Notes: a model not told the origin generated them from the sequence alone. Numbered from the stretch's first letter, positions 1-11,496 are shown. The stretch: DNA of 64,000 bases from Gammaproteobacteria bacterium (GCA_965215225.1 OZ244039.1:2000864-2064863), one strand, 5' to 3'. Numbers and translations: made by a program.

Positions 1-2691
1 AAACAACTAGTCATAGTCCTGTATCAAGATTTAGAAAGGAAACAACAGCTTGGCAACCAAGAACTCAATGCCATGGTAGAAGCCTTACAAAATTATAAAA
101 ATGAGGCAGCCAAGCTAATGATTGCACAAGAAAGACTGGCGCTGAAAGAAAAAGATGGCATGGCTTCATTACAAGGCTTTAGCACTAAACAACAAGAATT
201 AAATAATCGTCTAGTAGTCCTTGAAACCGACCAAAAGCATAGGAATCAAAGAAAAATTGAAAAACAACAACAGCTTGAAGTCCTGCAAACCGAAGCTGAA
301 AAAAATCAAGAAGAGCTCCTAGGCGAACAAGAAGAACTGAGCCTACTAACTACACAACTCAAGCAAGAATCAGAAAAAACCAAAGGAATAATAGTAAGAG
401 AATCACTGGCCAACCTCACTGACGAACACAGTAAGGTGGATACAGGTTGGCAGAATTTCCTTGCCCAAATCAATAAGAAAGAGGTATCAAAACAAGAACT
501 GAGAGTTCGTTTAGACAAGCTTCAGCAAGAAGTCTCCCAGTTAGAAACAGCCCCACCTCCACCTCTGCCTAAAACTCCTCCCAGAAGTCGCCTGACTAAG
601 CTAACAAACAAAATAGCTAGGTTAAAGGATAGTCTAAACAAAATAGAACAGGCTAGAGACAGAATAAAAACAGAAGTGCTAACCGCTGAACACAGGCTTC
701 ATCAGATAGAACAAGAGCTAACCCGTATCAATACCCTGTTAGGCGAGCTATCTCAATCAGCTAAAGACCTAGAACCTATGAAACAGCTATGGATAGATAA
801 GGTCAGCCTGCCAGCCAAATGGGAAAGAGCAATGGATCTAGTAGCCCATAGGTTCAAGCAAGCAAGAACTTCTCCTAATCTGCCTGATGAGGTTGAAAAA
901 ATAGCTAAGAAGCAAAACTTTATCCTAGTCACAAACATGCCAACAAACGAAGAAACCTTCAATGGTTTAACCTCTCTAGGAACCATGTTAAAGGGAAAAT
1001 ACATTCCAAGTTTGCTTTATCATATCTATGCATGTCCTGACCTTGCTACCGCATTAAGCTTACAACCTCAACTAAAGAACTATCAGAGCCTTATTACCCC
1101 TGAAGCCGAATGGCTAGGAAAAAATTGGCTTATTTCAAACCTTGATAAAGAAAAAAGCACAGAGCTATTCACCCAAAAAAGAAGGCTCTCTGCCTTGCTG
1201 AGTGAAAAAGAAGAAATCGAAAAACAAAAAAGAACCCAACTACAACAAATTAAATCACTAGAACAAAAGCACCAGGGTTATAACCACCAGATCCATAAGC
1301 ATACCAATGAGCTAAGGGATTCTGAACTAGACCTAGCCAAACTAAAAGAAGAAATTGCCAAGGCACAAGAAGCTGAAAACCGCCAGCGTGAAATCCTCAT
1401 AGCAATTCGCCTTAAGAGCCAAAGAAAGACTGAAGTTGATAAGGAGATGGTAAAAGTAAAAGCAGCGCTTAAAGAGCTGCTAAAAGATCTACAAAAACAG
1501 GAAAAGCAAAAATCCTATTGGCAACAAAGAAGAACCGAACTGCACCATAGAATTCAGAAATTAGAACAAGAAAGTGCTCAAATGGATATGGCTTTATCAC
1601 AATCTGAGCGCGAGAAGCTTCTTACTAGCATAGCTAAGTTAGAAAAGAGTCTTGCCGACCGCCAAGAACGTCATAAACAACTCATGCAACAGAAAGAAAA
1701 ACTTATTCGCCAAGAATCTAAGGAAGACCTTAAACAAAAGACAGAGCAAAAGAATATGGCGAAACTGCTAAGGGAACTGGATCGACTAAAGACAAGGATA
1801 TCCCATCAGAACAAGGAAATCAAAAATTGCAATGACGAAAAAGGAAAATTAGGCAATCAATTAGCCAGACTAGAAAAGAACATAGCCGTCCTAGAAAGAG
1901 ATATCAGCCAACGCCATTCTGAAAACGAACAGCTAAGTTTGGATATTTCAGATATGATCAGTCGTAGTAAGGATCTAAAAGAGCCGCCTCAGCAAGAGAT
2001 AACTATGGATCAACGAAGCTTGAAAGAGAGAATTAGCCAACTAGAGAGGCGAATTGAACGAAGTGAAGGGATTAATCAACTGGCTTTACGAGATTATCAG
2101 AAATGTAAAGCGGAATACGAACAACAAGAAGCTCAACGCGTAGAAGTATCGCAAGCATTAAGAATTTTAGAAAAATCTATTCGCAAAATGGATAGACAAT
2201 CAAAGAAAAAATTTGACATGACTTTCAAAAAGATAAATGATAAGTTTCGCCTTATCTTCTCTCAACTGAGCGATGGTGGGCGAGCCTATCTAGAAGAAGA
2301 ACTGGCAAATGAAGACCCTAAGGGTATTCGGATTATCGCAAACCCACGCGGCCGGCGCAAAACTAACCTGGCTTCATTATCTGGTGGGGAAAAAACAGTC
2401 GTTGCCATTGCTTTGATAATGGCAATCTTTCAACTGAACCCATCCCCTTTCTGCTTGATGGACGAAGCCGACGCCATGCTTGATGATGATAATGTCTTAC
2501 GCTTTAATAAAATGATAACGGACATGACTGCCAATACCCAGTTCATCCTTATCACCCATAATAAAGCTACTGTTCGTAATGCCGAACACCTCATAGGTGT
2601 CACCATGGCTGAACCTGGCTCATCACAAGTGGTTTCAGTAGATATGAATAAAGCCCTAGAACTCAGTCTCCAAGTGGAAGCAGGGGCATAG
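1..2691 (+). CDS. smc: Chromosome segregation protein SMC (5' end cut by window edge)
   Basis: Frame 1 is open from nt 1, with no stop before the listed Met at 73. Long K/E/Q/L-rich coiled coil with a hinge-like middle segment. C-terminal ABC signature LSGGEKTVVAIAL and Walker B FCLMDEADAMLD. Confidence 0.9.
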   Translation, partial: KQLVIVLYQDLERKQQLGNQELNAMVEALQNYKNEAAKLMIAQERLALKEKDGMASLQGFSTKQQELNNRLVVLETDQKHRNQRKIEKQQQLEVLQTEAEKNQEELLGEQEELSLLTTQLKQESEKTKGIIVRESLANLTDEHSKVDTGWQNFLAQINKKEVSKQELRVRLDKLQQEVSQLETAPPPPLPKTPPRSRLTKLTNKIARLKDSLNKIEQARDRIKTEVLTAEHRLHQIEQELTRINTLLGELSQSAKDLEPMKQLWIDKVSLPAKWERAMDLVAHRFKQARTSPNLPDEVEKIAKKQNFILVTNMPTNEETFNGLTSLGTMLKGKYIPSLLYHIYACPDLATALSLQPQLKNYQSLITPEAEWLGKNWLISNLDKEKSTELFTQKRRLSALLSEKEEIEKQKRTQLQQIKSLEQKHQGYNHQIHKHTNELRDSELDLAKLKEEIAKAQEAENRQREILIAIRLKSQRKTEVDKEMVKVKAALKELLKDLQKQEKQKSYWQQRRTELHHRIQKLEQESAQMDMALSQSEREKLLTSIAKLEKSLADRQERHKQLMQQKEKLIRQESKEDLKQKTEQKNMAKLLRELDRLKTRISHQNKEIKNCNDEKGKLGNQLARLEKNIAVLERDISQRHSENEQLSLDISDMISRSKDLKEPPQQEITMDQRSLKERISQLERRIERSEGINQLALRDYQKCKAEYEQQEAQRVEVSQALRILEKSIRKMDRQSKKKFDMTFKKINDKFRLIFSQLSDGGRAYLEEELANEDPKGIRIIANPRGRRKTNLASLSGGEKTVVAIALIMAIFQLNPSPFCLMDEADAMLDDDNVLRFNKMITDMTANTQFILITHNKATVRNAEHLIGVTMAEPGSSQVVSVDMNKALELSLQVEAGA

Positions 2692-2741
2692 ATAAGAGCC
2701 TGTATTCTCGTCCGTTGTATATTGCTATATATTAATGCTTA

Positions 2742-5270
2742 TTAAAGCATATCCTTAAGGTGATAGAGCTCGGTCAGGGCTTTCTTAGGGGTTAGCTCGT
2801 CCAAATTTAATTCTTCTAATCTGTCCCTTAATCTGTCTTGGTTAAATAACTCCTCTTGATCACTGACCTTGGGTCTTGGTTCAATAATGGCAGAACGATT
2901 CTGCATTGTCGCAAGGATTTCTTGGGCGTGATCTATAACCCGTTCAGGAACACCGGCTAATTTTGCAACCTGTAACCCATAGCTGCGATTAGTTGGCCCA
3001 GCCTTGATGAGATATAGAAATATCACTTCTCCATCATGTTCCTTAGCTGCCAAATGAACATTCGCCACCCCTTTAACTTCGTTAGCCAAGCGAGTCAATT
3101 CAAAATAGTGGGTCGCAAATAGAGTGTAGGACTTTACTTCAGTAGCAAGATAATAGGCAACTGCCCAAGCAAGAGACATACCATCATAGGTGCTAGTGCC
3201 TCGTCCTATTTCATCCATTATGACTAGACTATCCTCTGTCGCATTACTTAAGATGTTGGCAGTCTCAGTCATTTCTATCATAAAGGTAGATTTGCCGGCG
3301 GCCAAATCATCGGCTGCTCCTATGCGAGTGAAGATACGATCCACCCGTCCTATATGAGCCTTCTTGGCTGGAACGAAACTACCTATATAACTCAATAGGA
3401 CTATCAAGGCGGTCTGGCGCATATAGGTAGACTTGCCTCCCATATTAGGTCCAGTAATAATGAAAGTCCGCTGATTATTATCCAACAAAATATCATTAGC
3501 GACGAAAGGATAGGTAGAAAACTCTTCAACCAGAGGATGCCTTCCTTGTTCTATTTCGATAGAATGAGACACATTTAACTGTGGTCGATTCCAGTCTAAG
3601 GCAATGGCGCGTTCGGCTAAGGTTGTGAGAAAGTCGAGCTGAATTAAACAGCGGCACACAATGTCTAGAGAATCTCTATAATCATCCACTTTGGTAAAGA
3701 GTTCTTCATAGAGTTGCTTTTCGCGTGCCAAAGCACGACTCTTGCTACTTAATACCTTGTCTTCATGCTCCTTAAGCTCTGGAGTTATGAATCGCTCGGT
3801 ATTTTTAAGGGTCTGACGGCGAATATAGTTTGAAGGAACCGAGGGCGATTGCAAACGACTGGTCTCAATATAAAAACCAAAGGTGCGGCTAAAACCTATC
3901 CTCAATGTAGATAGTCCTGTTTTCTTTTTTTCTCGCAACTCCATATTCAGCAAATAATCACTATTTGCTTTGCCAATATTGCGTAGTTCATCTAATTCCT
4001 TATCATAGCCTTCCGCTATCACACCACCATCCCTAATAGTTGCCGGTAGCTGTTCTGCTAAAGCCTTCTTAAGTAGTTGGAATAACGGTTGATGGGGGTC
4101 TAGCTTTGCCATTATCTTTTTAAGGTGGTAGGACTTAAAATCCATCTTCTCCTTTAGTTGACTGACAGATCTCAATCCCTCAGCTAAGCGAGTAAAGTCT
4201 CGTGGTCTGGCATTGCGAAGAACAATACGTCCTAGCGCTCTTTCAAGGTCTCCGATAGGCTTTAGTAATCGGCGTATCCATTCATAGCCTCTTTGTTGGC
4301 ATAGTTCTTCAATAGCATCCAATCGCCTATTTGCAACATCCAAATTTCTAATAGGCGCATGAAGCTGCCTTCTTAAAAAGCGCGCGCCCATAGGAGTGCT
4401 AGTAGTATTAAGTAAGGTAAAAAGATGATTTTGCTCGTCATCTCTGCCATCTATAGCAAGATGGTGACGACTGGTTGGGTCAATAATAATTAACGCCTGT
4501 TCGTTGATGATGCTAATTTTTTGAATGTGTTCTAAGTCCCTAAGTTGGGTTCCTTGCACATAAGACAAGAGGGCGCCAGCTGCACAAAACCCAGCTAGAT
4601 AAACTGAATCATTAGACTGGGGTGGTAAGCCATCGGCAAAAAAATTCTGTAGCAAAGGCAATGCCTGTTTCTCATTAAAATAGCTACTCCGATAAGTTCT
4701 TACATTGGCGAGCCTAGCCGACCAATCTCGTTCTTCATCACTGACTAAGAGTTCGTTAATTTGTAATCTGGCTAACTCATTGTCAAGACTGGTCAAACTA
4801 TTCACAGCCTCCACAAAAAAGTCTCCACTACTAAGATTGATCCAAGCTATGCCAATTCTATTGGAATGAAAGCACAGAGCGCCCACTAGGTTCTCCTTGA
4901 TATCACTGATAAGCCCCTCTTCTAAAGCAGTGCCAGGTGTAATGACCCTTACTACCTTTCGTTCTACCGCCCCTTTACTCAGCGCTGGATCTCCTATCTG
5001 TTCACAAACTGCAACGGATTCGCCTAGCTTTATTAGTTTTGCTATATAAGAATCCACTGCATGATATGGAACCCCTGCCATAGGAATGGGCTGGCCTCGC
5101 GACCTACCGCGCGCAGTTAAGCTAATATCAAGTAAGCTGGCAGCCTTTTTGGCATCATCAAAAAACAGTTCATAAAAATCGCCCATCCGATAAAATAACA
5201 GTACATCTGAGTAATTCTTCTTGATTCTCAGATATTGGCTTATCATCGGAGTTTCGGTTGCTGATGACAT
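2742..5270 (-). CDS. mutS: DNA mismatch repair protein MutS
   Basis: [14 protein letters not shown]-terminus, Walker [26 protein letters not shown]. The ORF track extends to a GTG at 5333, but the ATG at 5270 ([14 protein letters not shown]) fits the usual MutS N-terminus better. Confidence 0.93.
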   Translation of the reverse strand: MSSATETPMISQYLRIKKNYSDVLLFYRMGDFYELFFDDAKKAASLLDISLTARGRSRGQPIPMAGVPYHAVDSYIAKLIKLGESVAVCEQIGDPALSKGAVERKVVRVITPGTALEEGLISDIKENLVGALCFHSNRIGIAWINLSSGDFFVEAVNSLTSLDNELARLQINELLVSDEERDWSARLANVRTYRSSYFNEKQALPLLQNFFADGLPPQSNDSVYLAGFCAAGALLSYVQGTQLRDLEHIQKISIINEQALIIIDPTSRHHLAIDGRDDEQNHLFTLLNTTSTPMGARFLRRQLHAPIRNLDVANRRLDAIEELCQQRGYEWIRRLLKPIGDLERALGRIVLRNARPRDFTRLAEGLRSVSQLKEKMDFKSYHLKKIMAKLDPHQPLFQLLKKALAEQLPATIRDGGVIAEGYDKELDELRNIGKANSDYLLNMELREKKKTGLSTLRIGFSRTFGFYIETSRLQSPSVPSNYIRRQTLKNTERFITPELKEHEDKVLSSKSRALAREKQLYEELFTKVDDYRDSLDIVCRCLIQLDFLTTLAERAIALDWNRPQLNVSHSIEIEQGRHPLVEEFSTYPFVANDILLDNNQRTFIITGPNMGGKSTYMRQTALIVLLSYIGSFVPAKKAHIGRVDRIFTRIGAADDLAAGKSTFMIEMTETANILSNATEDSLVIMDEIGRGTSTYDGMSLAWAVAYYLATEVKSYTLFATHYFELTRLANEVKGVANVHLAAKEHDGEVIFLYLIKAGPTNRSYGLQVAKLAGVPERVIDHAQEILATMQNRSAIIEPRPKVSDQEELFNQDRLRDRLEELNLDELTPKKALTELYHLKDML

Positions 5271-5334
5271 TAAATAAAGTTTGTCATATTTCCTTATTCC
5301 ATTATAACTTGTTCTGACCTCATATGCACTCACT

Positions 5335-5901
5335 ATGATTAAGAAGCCTGATTTCTATTATAAAAAAGCACGCCTAGAAGGCTACCGAACTCGGGCGGCC
5401 TACAAACTAATTGAACTTGATAATAAATTGTCTTTTCTTGCCTCATCCCGCTCCATTATTGAGCTTGGCGCAGCTCCGGGGGGCTGGACCCAAGTCATTC
5501 GAGAACATGCTCCTCAAGCTCAGCTAATTGTTTGCGATATCCAGCCTATGAAACCCATTGAAAAAGTAACATTCATCCAAGGAGATTTTCGTCTTCCTGC
5601 CGTCCAACAACAAATCCTATCATCAGTCAAAAAGACCGACCTAGTGCTATCAGATATGTCCCCCAATATAAGCGGACATAAGAGCCGGGATCAAGCAGCT
5701 ATGGCCGAACTATGTTTGGCTGCTCTTCAATTTGCCCATCAAGCAATTAATAAAGGAACTTTCGTGGCAAAAATGTTCCAAGGAGAAGAAGGCAAAAATG
5801 TTATAGCTAGGGCCAATGAGTTCTTTAATAGGGTGAGAGTCATTAAACCTCGGCCATCACGTAAAAATTCCAATGAAGTTTACCTCTATATGAAAAGATA
5901 G
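5335..5901 (+). CDS. rlmE: 23S rRNA (uridine-2'-O)-methyltransferase RlmE/FtsJ
   Basis: [15 protein letters not shown]-binding [20 protein letters not shown]. Lies directly upstream of ftsH, the classic rlmE-ftsH arrangement. Confidence 0.9.
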   Translation: MIKKPDFYYKKARLEGYRTRAAYKLIELDNKLSFLASSRSIIELGAAPGGWTQVIREHAPQAQLIVCDIQPMKPIEKVTFIQGDFRLPAVQQQILSSVKKTDLVLSDMSPNISGHKSRDQAAMAELCLAALQFAHQAINKGTFVAKMFQGEEGKNVIARANEFFNRVRVIKPRPSRKNSNEVYLYMKR

Positions 5902-5984
5902 GCATGCTTTGCTCTCTTATATCTACATTTATATCCATATTTATATTCCTCATATATTCCCTGTCAACTGGAAAAATCTCAGTC

Positions 5985-6014
5985 TTGCCCTATATTCAAT
6001 ATTTAAGGTATAAT
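5985..6014 (+). promoter_or_regulatory. Candidate sigma70 promoter for ftsH (TTGCCC - 18 nt - TATAAT)
   Basis: Hexamers read directly from the sequence: TTGCCC at 5985-5990 and TATAAT at 6009-6014, about 30 nt upstream of the ftsH ATG. Motif match only. Confidence 0.3.
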
Positions 6015-6043
6015 AATAGAATCAAAACTTTATTTAATCATTT

Positions 6044-7960
6044 ATGACAAGAAATCTTTTCTTATGGCTAGTTATCATTGCATTTTTGGCAGCTATATTC
6101 AGTAATGGTTTTAAGATAGCACCGCCAAATCCTGCAATCACCTATTCCACCTTTATAAAGGAGGTTAATCAAGGATTAGTGTCCAGTGTCACTATAGATG
6201 GCTATACCATTCGCGGTATATATAAAAATGGTGATACTTTCACCACGACTCGCCCAGCTGCTCAGGATGGCAAACTCATTGACGATTTGTTTCGCCATAA
6301 TGTCGAAATTAAGGGAGTAAAACCAGACCAACAAAGCCTAGTTAGACAACTAGTAGTAGCTTCTTTCCCCGTTTTGCTCCTATTAGCAATTCTCTTTTTT
6401 GCAATGAAAGGTGTGCAAATGGGAGGAAGAGGAAACCCAATAAGCTTTGGGCGTAGCAAGGCAAAAATGCTGTCGCGCGAAAACATTAATATCACTTTCA
6501 AAGATGTCGCAGGCATTGAGGAAGCAAAAGAGGAGGTCTCGGAATTGGTTGATTTTCTACGCGAGCCAACTAAATTTCAAAAATTGGGCGCGCGAATTCC
6601 GCGCGGCATACTAATGTGCGGCGCACCTGGCACAGGGAAGACCTTGCTTGCTAAAGCAATAGCTGGTGAAGCAGGTGTTCCTTTTTTTACTATCTCTGGC
6701 TCGGATTTTGTTGAAATGTTCGTTGGGGTAGGCGCATCAAGAGTTCGCGATATGTTTGAACAAGCCAAACGACATTCCCCCTGCATCATATTCATTGATG
6801 AAATAGATGCAGTAGGCCGTCATCGCGGTGCTGGACTAGGGGGAGGTCATGATGAAAGAGAGCAAACTCTCAACCAACTACTAGTAGAAATGGATGGATT
6901 TGAAGGGAAGGAGGGTATCATAATTATTGCCGCCACCAATAGACCAGATGTGTTGGACCCAGCATTACTTAGACCAGGCAGATTTGACCGTCAGGTGGTT
7001 GTTCCTCTACCTGATATAAAGGGGCGCGAAAGCATTTTTAAAGTGCATATGAGGAAAGTGAAAAAAGAGACAGATATTAATTTAGAAGCTCTGGCGCGGG
7101 GAACGCCCGGATTTTCTGGTGCTGATATTGCTAATTTAGTTAATGAGGCCGCTCTATTTGCCGCTCGTAATAACAAAAAGAAGGTCTCACAACTAGAGCT
7201 CGACCTTGCCAAAGATAAGGTGATGATGGGAGCCGAAAGAAAATCTATGATAATGAGTGAAAAGGAAAAGAAACTTACCGCTTATCATGAAGCTGGCCAC
7301 GCTATTGTCGGATTAAGTGTCCCCGAACATGATCCAGTCTATAAGGTCACTATTATTCCTCGCGGCCGTGCCCTAGGAGTAACTATGTTTCTCCCAGAGG
7401 ATGATAAGTACAACCACAGCAAGGCTATGCTATTGAGTCAGCTATGCAGTTTGTTCGGCGGGCGCGCTGCCGAAGAAATAGTTTTTGGTAAGGAACACAT
7501 AACCACTGGAGCCTCAAACGACATAGAAAGAGCCACCTCTATGGCACGGGCTATGGTAACCAAGTGGGGTCTATCTGACAAATTAGGACCACAAAAATAC
7601 GATGATGAACAAGATGAAGTATTCCTTGGTCGCCGAGTAGCTACTCAATCTTCTAACAGTCTTTCCATTGAGACCACTCGTCAAATTGACGAAGAAGTCC
7701 ATAAGGTAATTGCCAATAGCTATAATAAAGCAAAAACCATCTTGAAAAAGCATATCAAAAAGCTACATCTCATGGCGGAAGCGCTCATAAAATACGAGAC
7801 ATTGGAAGAGGCGCAAATAAAAGATATCATGGCAGGAAAGGTTCCAACACCCCCTCAATACTGGAAAGAAAAACAAAAGGGAAGGCAAAAGGAGGCTAAA
7901 AAGAAGAGTAAGGTAAAAAAATTAAAACCATCACCTCAACCAGCTCAGGGAACAGCCTAG
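6044..7960 (+). CDS. ftsH: ATP-dependent zinc metalloprotease FtsH
   Basis: N-terminal TM segments, Walker [14 protein letters not shown], Walker [10 protein letters not shown], zinc site HEAGHA, Lys-rich tail. Confidence 0.97.
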   Translation: MTRNLFLWLVIIAFLAAIFSNGFKIAPPNPAITYSTFIKEVNQGLVSSVTIDGYTIRGIYKNGDTFTTTRPAAQDGKLIDDLFRHNVEIKGVKPDQQSLVRQLVVASFPVLLLLAILFFAMKGVQMGGRGNPISFGRSKAKMLSRENINITFKDVAGIEEAKEEVSELVDFLREPTKFQKLGARIPRGILMCGAPGTGKTLLAKAIAGEAGVPFFTISGSDFVEMFVGVGASRVRDMFEQAKRHSPCIIFIDEIDAVGRHRGAGLGGGHDEREQTLNQLLVEMDGFEGKEGIIIIAATNRPDVLDPALLRPGRFDRQVVVPLPDIKGRESIFKVHMRKVKKETDINLEALARGTPGFSGADIANLVNEAALFAARNNKKKVSQLELDLAKDKVMMGAERKSMIMSEKEKKLTAYHEAGHAIVGLSVPEHDPVYKVTIIPRGRALGVTMFLPEDDKYNHSKAMLLSQLCSLFGGRAAEEIVFGKEHITTGASNDIERATSMARAMVTKWGLSDKLGPQKYDDEQDEVFLGRRVATQSSNSLSIETTRQIDEEVHKVIANSYNKAKTILKKHIKKLHLMAEALIKYETLEEAQIKDIMAGKVPTPPQYWKEKQKGRQKEAKKKSKVKKLKPSPQPAQGTA

Positions 7961-7996
7961 GGATATCATAAAGAGATAAAGGCTTCCTCTATCTGT

Positions 7997-9091
7997 CTAT
8001 CTGTTGGCTGGTTGTAGTCTCAATAGCCTACCATCAGCATAGTCAGTCAGCACATAAATATAGCCATGAGAATCCTGCGCCACTTCGCGAATACGCCCCT
8101 CTCCTTTTAAGAGTTCTTCTTGTATCACTTCAGCCTGTATCTCTCCAACTCGGCGAAGATGTTGACCAGCAAGAGCACCGATAAATATATTCCCTTGCCA
8201 TTGAGGAAACCTAGTGCCATCATAAATAATCATACCAGAAGGAGCAATAGAAGGAACCCAATAGACTAAAGGTTGTTCCATTCCATCTTTATGAGTCCCT
8301 TCTCCTATCTTAAAACCGCTATAGGCTCTGCCATAGGTGATGACTGGCCAACCATAGTTAGCGCCTCTTCGAATAATATTAAGCTCATCACCGCCACGAG
8401 GACCATGCTCATGAGTCCAGAGCCTATCAGCATAAAACACACAACCCTGTAAGTTGCGATGACCATAGGAGAAAATCTCTTCACGAGCATCCGCCACTCC
8501 AACAAACGGATTGTCTGGTGGAGTGCTACCGTCATCCTTAAGACGCAAAATTGTTCCTTTATGATTCGCTAAATTCTGTGCCTCATCCCTTTCACCACGA
8601 TCCCCAAGACATAAATAGAGATAACCCTCTTTATCGAAAACTATACGGGAACCAAAATGCCTACTACTGGATCCCAGGTTATCAGCGGTAAAGACGGTTT
8701 CCTGTTTCGTCACCTTTCCTTCATCAATGCGAAACCTGCCTATTGCCGTGCCATAAAGTCGGTTAGATTTATAGGTGAAGGAATAATAGACCAATTTATT
8801 TGCTCTAAAATTCGGATGAAGGGTCAAATCCATCAACCCCCCTTGACCTATCATATGAATAGCTGGAAGTTCGATAGGAGAAGACACTTCTCCATTTGGG
8901 CTAATTAATCTTAAAGTTCCCCTCTTCTCTGCCACTAAGATAGCTTGGTTCGGAAGAAAAACTAAGGACCAAGGATAGTTAAGACCAGTAGCAACAGTTG
9001 TTACATAGTAAGGCTGAGATGCTTCTTCATCAGCAAAAGTAGTTTCGAGCAAAAAGAAGCAAACAAAAATGGACAGAGCTTTTACTCTCAT
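7997..9091 (-). CDS. PQQ-dependent (soluble) sugar dehydrogenase, YliI/GSDH family, secreted
   Basis: Signal peptide MRVKALSIFVCFFLLETTFA. Beta-propeller GSDH-like blocks (GLNYPWSLVFLP, GEDGYLY-type DKEGYLYLCLGDRG, SYGHRNLQG, GPRGGDELN, NYGWP). Confidence 0.8.
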   Translation of the reverse strand: MRVKALSIFVCFFLLETTFADEEASQPYYVTTVATGLNYPWSLVFLPNQAILVAEKRGTLRLISPNGEVSSPIELPAIHMIGQGGLMDLTLHPNFRANKLVYYSFTYKSNRLYGTAIGRFRIDEGKVTKQETVFTADNLGSSSRHFGSRIVFDKEGYLYLCLGDRGERDEAQNLANHKGTILRLKDDGSTPPDNPFVGVADAREEIFSYGHRNLQGCVFYADRLWTHEHGPRGGDELNIIRRGANYGWPVITYGRAYSGFKIGEGTHKDGMEQPLVYWVPSIAPSGMIIYDGTRFPQWQGNIFIGALAGQHLRRVGEIQAEVIQEELLKGEGRIREVAQDSHGYIYVLTDYADGRLLRLQPANR

Positions 9092-9134
9092 ATCATTTAA
9101 TTATAAATAAAAGCAAACTAAAATTACAAGATAT

Positions 9135-9919
9135 CGAAGATGAATATAAGAGATGAGAGATGGGAGATGGGAGATGGGAGATAAGAGATGGAAGATAAGA
9201 GATGGGAGATGGAAAATAAGAGATAAAAGATGAGAGATGGGAGATGGGAGATGGGAAGTAAGAGATGAGAGATGAAAGATGAGAGATGAATGAGAGATGG
9301 GAGATGGAAAATAAGAGATGAAAGATAAGAGATGAAAGATGAGAGATGAATGAGAGATGGGAGATGGAAAATAAGAGATGAAAGATAAGAGATGAGAGAT
9401 GGGAGATGGAAAATAAGAGATGAAAGATGAGAGATGGGAGGTAAGAGATGAGAGATAAAAGATGAATATGAGAGATAAGAGATGGGAGATAAGAGATGGA
9501 AGATGAATATGAGAGATGAGAGATGGAAAATAAAAGATGGGAGATAGAAAATGAGAGATGAAAGATGAGAGATGAAAGATGAGAGATGGATGAGAGATAA
9601 GAGATGAATATGAGAGATAAGAGATGGAAGATGAATATGAGAGATGAGAGATGAATGAGAGATGGGAGATGGGAGATGGGAGATAAGAGATGAGAGATAA
9701 AAGATGAGAGATGGGAGATGGAAAATAAGAGATGAGAGATGGGAGATAAGAGATGGAAGATGAATATGAGAGATGAGAGATGGATGAGAGATAAGAGATG
9801 GAAAATAAAAGATGTGAGATAGAAAATGAGATATGAAAGATGAGAGATGAATGAGAGATAAGAGATGGAAAATAAGAGATGAAAGATGGGAGATGAATAT
9901 GAGAGATGAGAGATAAATG
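9135..9919. repeat. Heptanucleotide satellite, consensus RAGATRR on + strand (roughly a hundred units)
   Basis: Units GAGATGG, GAGATGA, GAGATAA, AAGATGA and AAAATAA, with ATGA and ATATGA spacers. No C on the + strand anywhere from 9135 to 9919. The stretch 9271-9335 recurs exactly at 9331-9395. Confidence 0.97.
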
Positions 9920-10450
9920 CAAGGAAGCTCGCAAGTGAGGCTGGCTGTTAAGGCTTTTATGCTATTCACAACCATCCTATTCATTCAGGTTTGCTGGGCT
10001 GATGATTTCAGCAAAGTCAAGAAAAATCTTATTGCTAAGTATCCTTCAGTTGTTATGATGGATGCAAACGAGCTATACCAGGAGCTAAATTCAAAGGGGG
10101 AATACTATCTTCTGTTGGATGTCCGCTCACCACAAGAATATGCGGTCAGTCACATCTATCAAGCCCAGAATGCACCAAACATTGAAAAGGCAATGGCAAT
10201 TCTACAAACCAAGAGTCGCCAAACGCCCATACTGGTCTATTGCTCATTAGGATATAGATCTGCCGAATTGGCATTAGAACTCCAAGAAAGAGGGTTCTCT
10301 CAGGTGACCAACCTGGCGGGGTCCTTATTTGAATGGGCGGACAAGGACTATCCTATCTATCAAGGTGATAATCAAGTGAAAAAGGTGCACCCATACAATT
10401 TATGGTGGGGCCGTTATCTTCGCTCGGATTATCGCTCTTATCGTCCTTAA
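9917..10450 (+). CDS. Rhodanese-domain sulfurtransferase, probably exported
   Basis: Hydrophobic N-terminus (FMLFTTILFIQVCWA). Rhodanese core LLLDVRSPQEY and active-site loop YCSLGYRS. The start could instead be the Met at 9959. Confidence 0.75.
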   Translation: MQGSSQVRLAVKAFMLFTTILFIQVCWADDFSKVKKNLIAKYPSVVMMDANELYQELNSKGEYYLLLDVRSPQEYAVSHIYQAQNAPNIEKAMAILQTKSRQTPILVYCSLGYRSAELALELQERGFSQVTNLAGSLFEWADKDYPIYQGDNQVKKVHPYNLWWGRYLRSDYRSYRP

Positions 10451-10466
10451 ATCAATTTTCAATTCG

Positions 10467-11039
10467 CTACTTTCTCATTAAAAGTTCATCTAGTTGGCGA
10501 TGGAACCTATCCCACTGAAAGTTCCAAGGGTCGTCTTTTCTTAAGCTTCCATCTTCATTCTTTCCTCCAATATCCCTATGACCTACGATAGATTCAATTG
10601 TTGGAAATCTCCTCATCAGTAAAGCGCAAAGAACCGCAAGCTGCTCATACTGAATAGATCTATAGTCGTCAGCACGCCCACCTTCCAGCTCCACACCTAT
10701 AGAAAAATCATTACAATTTGCTAATTCTTTATAACGGGATCTGCCTGCATGCCAAGCACAGCGGTCAAAAGGAACAAACTGGAGCAACCTGCCGTCGCGG
10801 CGAATAAAAATATGCGCTGATACTTTCAAAGCGCGCAAATCATGGAATGCTGGATTGCTATCACAATCTAACTCCCCTAAAAACAGCTGGCGAACACAAT
10901 CTGTCCCATACTCTCCTGGTGGAAGACCTATAGAATGGACAACAATAAGAAGCACTTGGGTCCCTGGTGGTCTTTTAGCCTGATGAGGAGAAGGGTAGAA
11001 TACCGCCTCATCTACTAACTGATGCTCATTGATATGCAT
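10467..11039 (-). CDS. ampD: 1,6-anhydro-N-acetylmuramyl-L-alanine amidase AmpD
   Basis: Amidase_2 pattern (VVHSIGLPPGEYG, WHAGRS, NDFSIGVELEG, GHRDI) at AmpD-like length. Confidence 0.85.
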   Translation of the reverse strand: MHINEHQLVDEAVFYPSPHQAKRPPGTQVLLIVVHSIGLPPGEYGTDCVRQLFLGELDCDSNPAFHDLRALKVSAHIFIRRDGRLLQFVPFDRCAWHAGRSRYKELANCNDFSIGVELEGGRADDYRSIQYEQLAVLCALLMRRFPTIESIVGHRDIGGKNEDGSLRKDDPWNFQWDRFHRQLDELLMRK

Positions 11040-11040
11040 A

Positions 11041-11496
11041 CTAATATTCTGTCATGGCATCTCTTAGCTGGCGACACAATTTTTCTAGTTCAATCAACCA
11101 TTTAGATAGATCTGCTATGGTTAAAGGCTCATCCTCTATCAGTTGTATAGCAGCAAGCTTGTCAAATGACTTGTTCTGCTTGCGGCGCATCTTGTTTAAC
11201 CAAGAAGAGCTGTCCTCCTCCAGTCGAGTCAATAGGTTAATTTCAGCTGCATAGCTACCAGCCTGTTTAAGGATAGGCACAATAGCCAGTAGATTGGGTT
11301 GTGGTATTCTATTCAAACGGGCTTGAATTTCATTTACCAAAGCATCATAAGCTTGTATCAAATGCCAAAGACAGGACTCCTTTAAAGCGGCAATATAGGG
11401 TTCTTCTACCTGTTCAATCAGTTCCAATGACAGGCGGGCATAGAGTAGTTTCTTATTGGTTTCCTCTTGGTATCGGGATAGTAAAGCAGTTTGCAT
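11041..11496 (-). CDS. Hypothetical helical protein, co-transcribed with ampD
   Basis: 151-aa ORF ending 1 nt before the ampD start. No motif recognised. Confidence 0.5.
   Translation of the reverse strand: MQTALLSRYQEETNKKLLYARLSLELIEQVEEPYIAALKESCLWHLIQAYDALVNEIQARLNRIPQPNLLAIVPILKQAGSYAAEINLLTRLEEDSSSWLNKMRRKQNKSFDKLAAIQLIEDEPLTIADLSKWLIELEKLCRQLRDAMTEY

Noticed and set aside
5271-5333. N-terminal extension of mutS from the GTG at 5333
   Set aside because: The extension ([21 protein letters not shown]) has no counterpart in MutS proteins and would abut the rlmE start at 5335. The ATG at 5270 gives a standard N-terminus.
6262-7212. Antisense or overlapping 60-120-aa ORFs inside ftsH, and the many similar ones inside smc, guaB, amtB, fadE, atpA, valS and other genes
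   Set aside because: They lie fully within strongly supported genes on the opposite strand or in another frame and have no recognisable motifs. They look like typical shadow ORFs.
9135-9919. CRISPR array or G-quadruplex-forming tract
   Set aside because: There are no unique spacers and the units are only 7 nt, so it is not a CRISPR array. GGG runs occur at most three in a row (for example 9161-9177 and 9240-9256), short of the four needed for a canonical intramolecular G4.
9101-9984. Two long - strand ORFs (277 and 286 aa) encoding SLISHLPS-type low-complexity repeats across the heptamer satellite
   Set aside because: The - strand has no G and no TAA there, so every frame is open by composition alone. 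The 7-nt period and the 4-nt and 6-nt spacers mean the frame is not maintained. Both ORFs start antisense inside the rhodanese gene without a convincing RBS. A frame-insensitive repeat protein cannot be excluded without proteomics, but it is the less likely reading.
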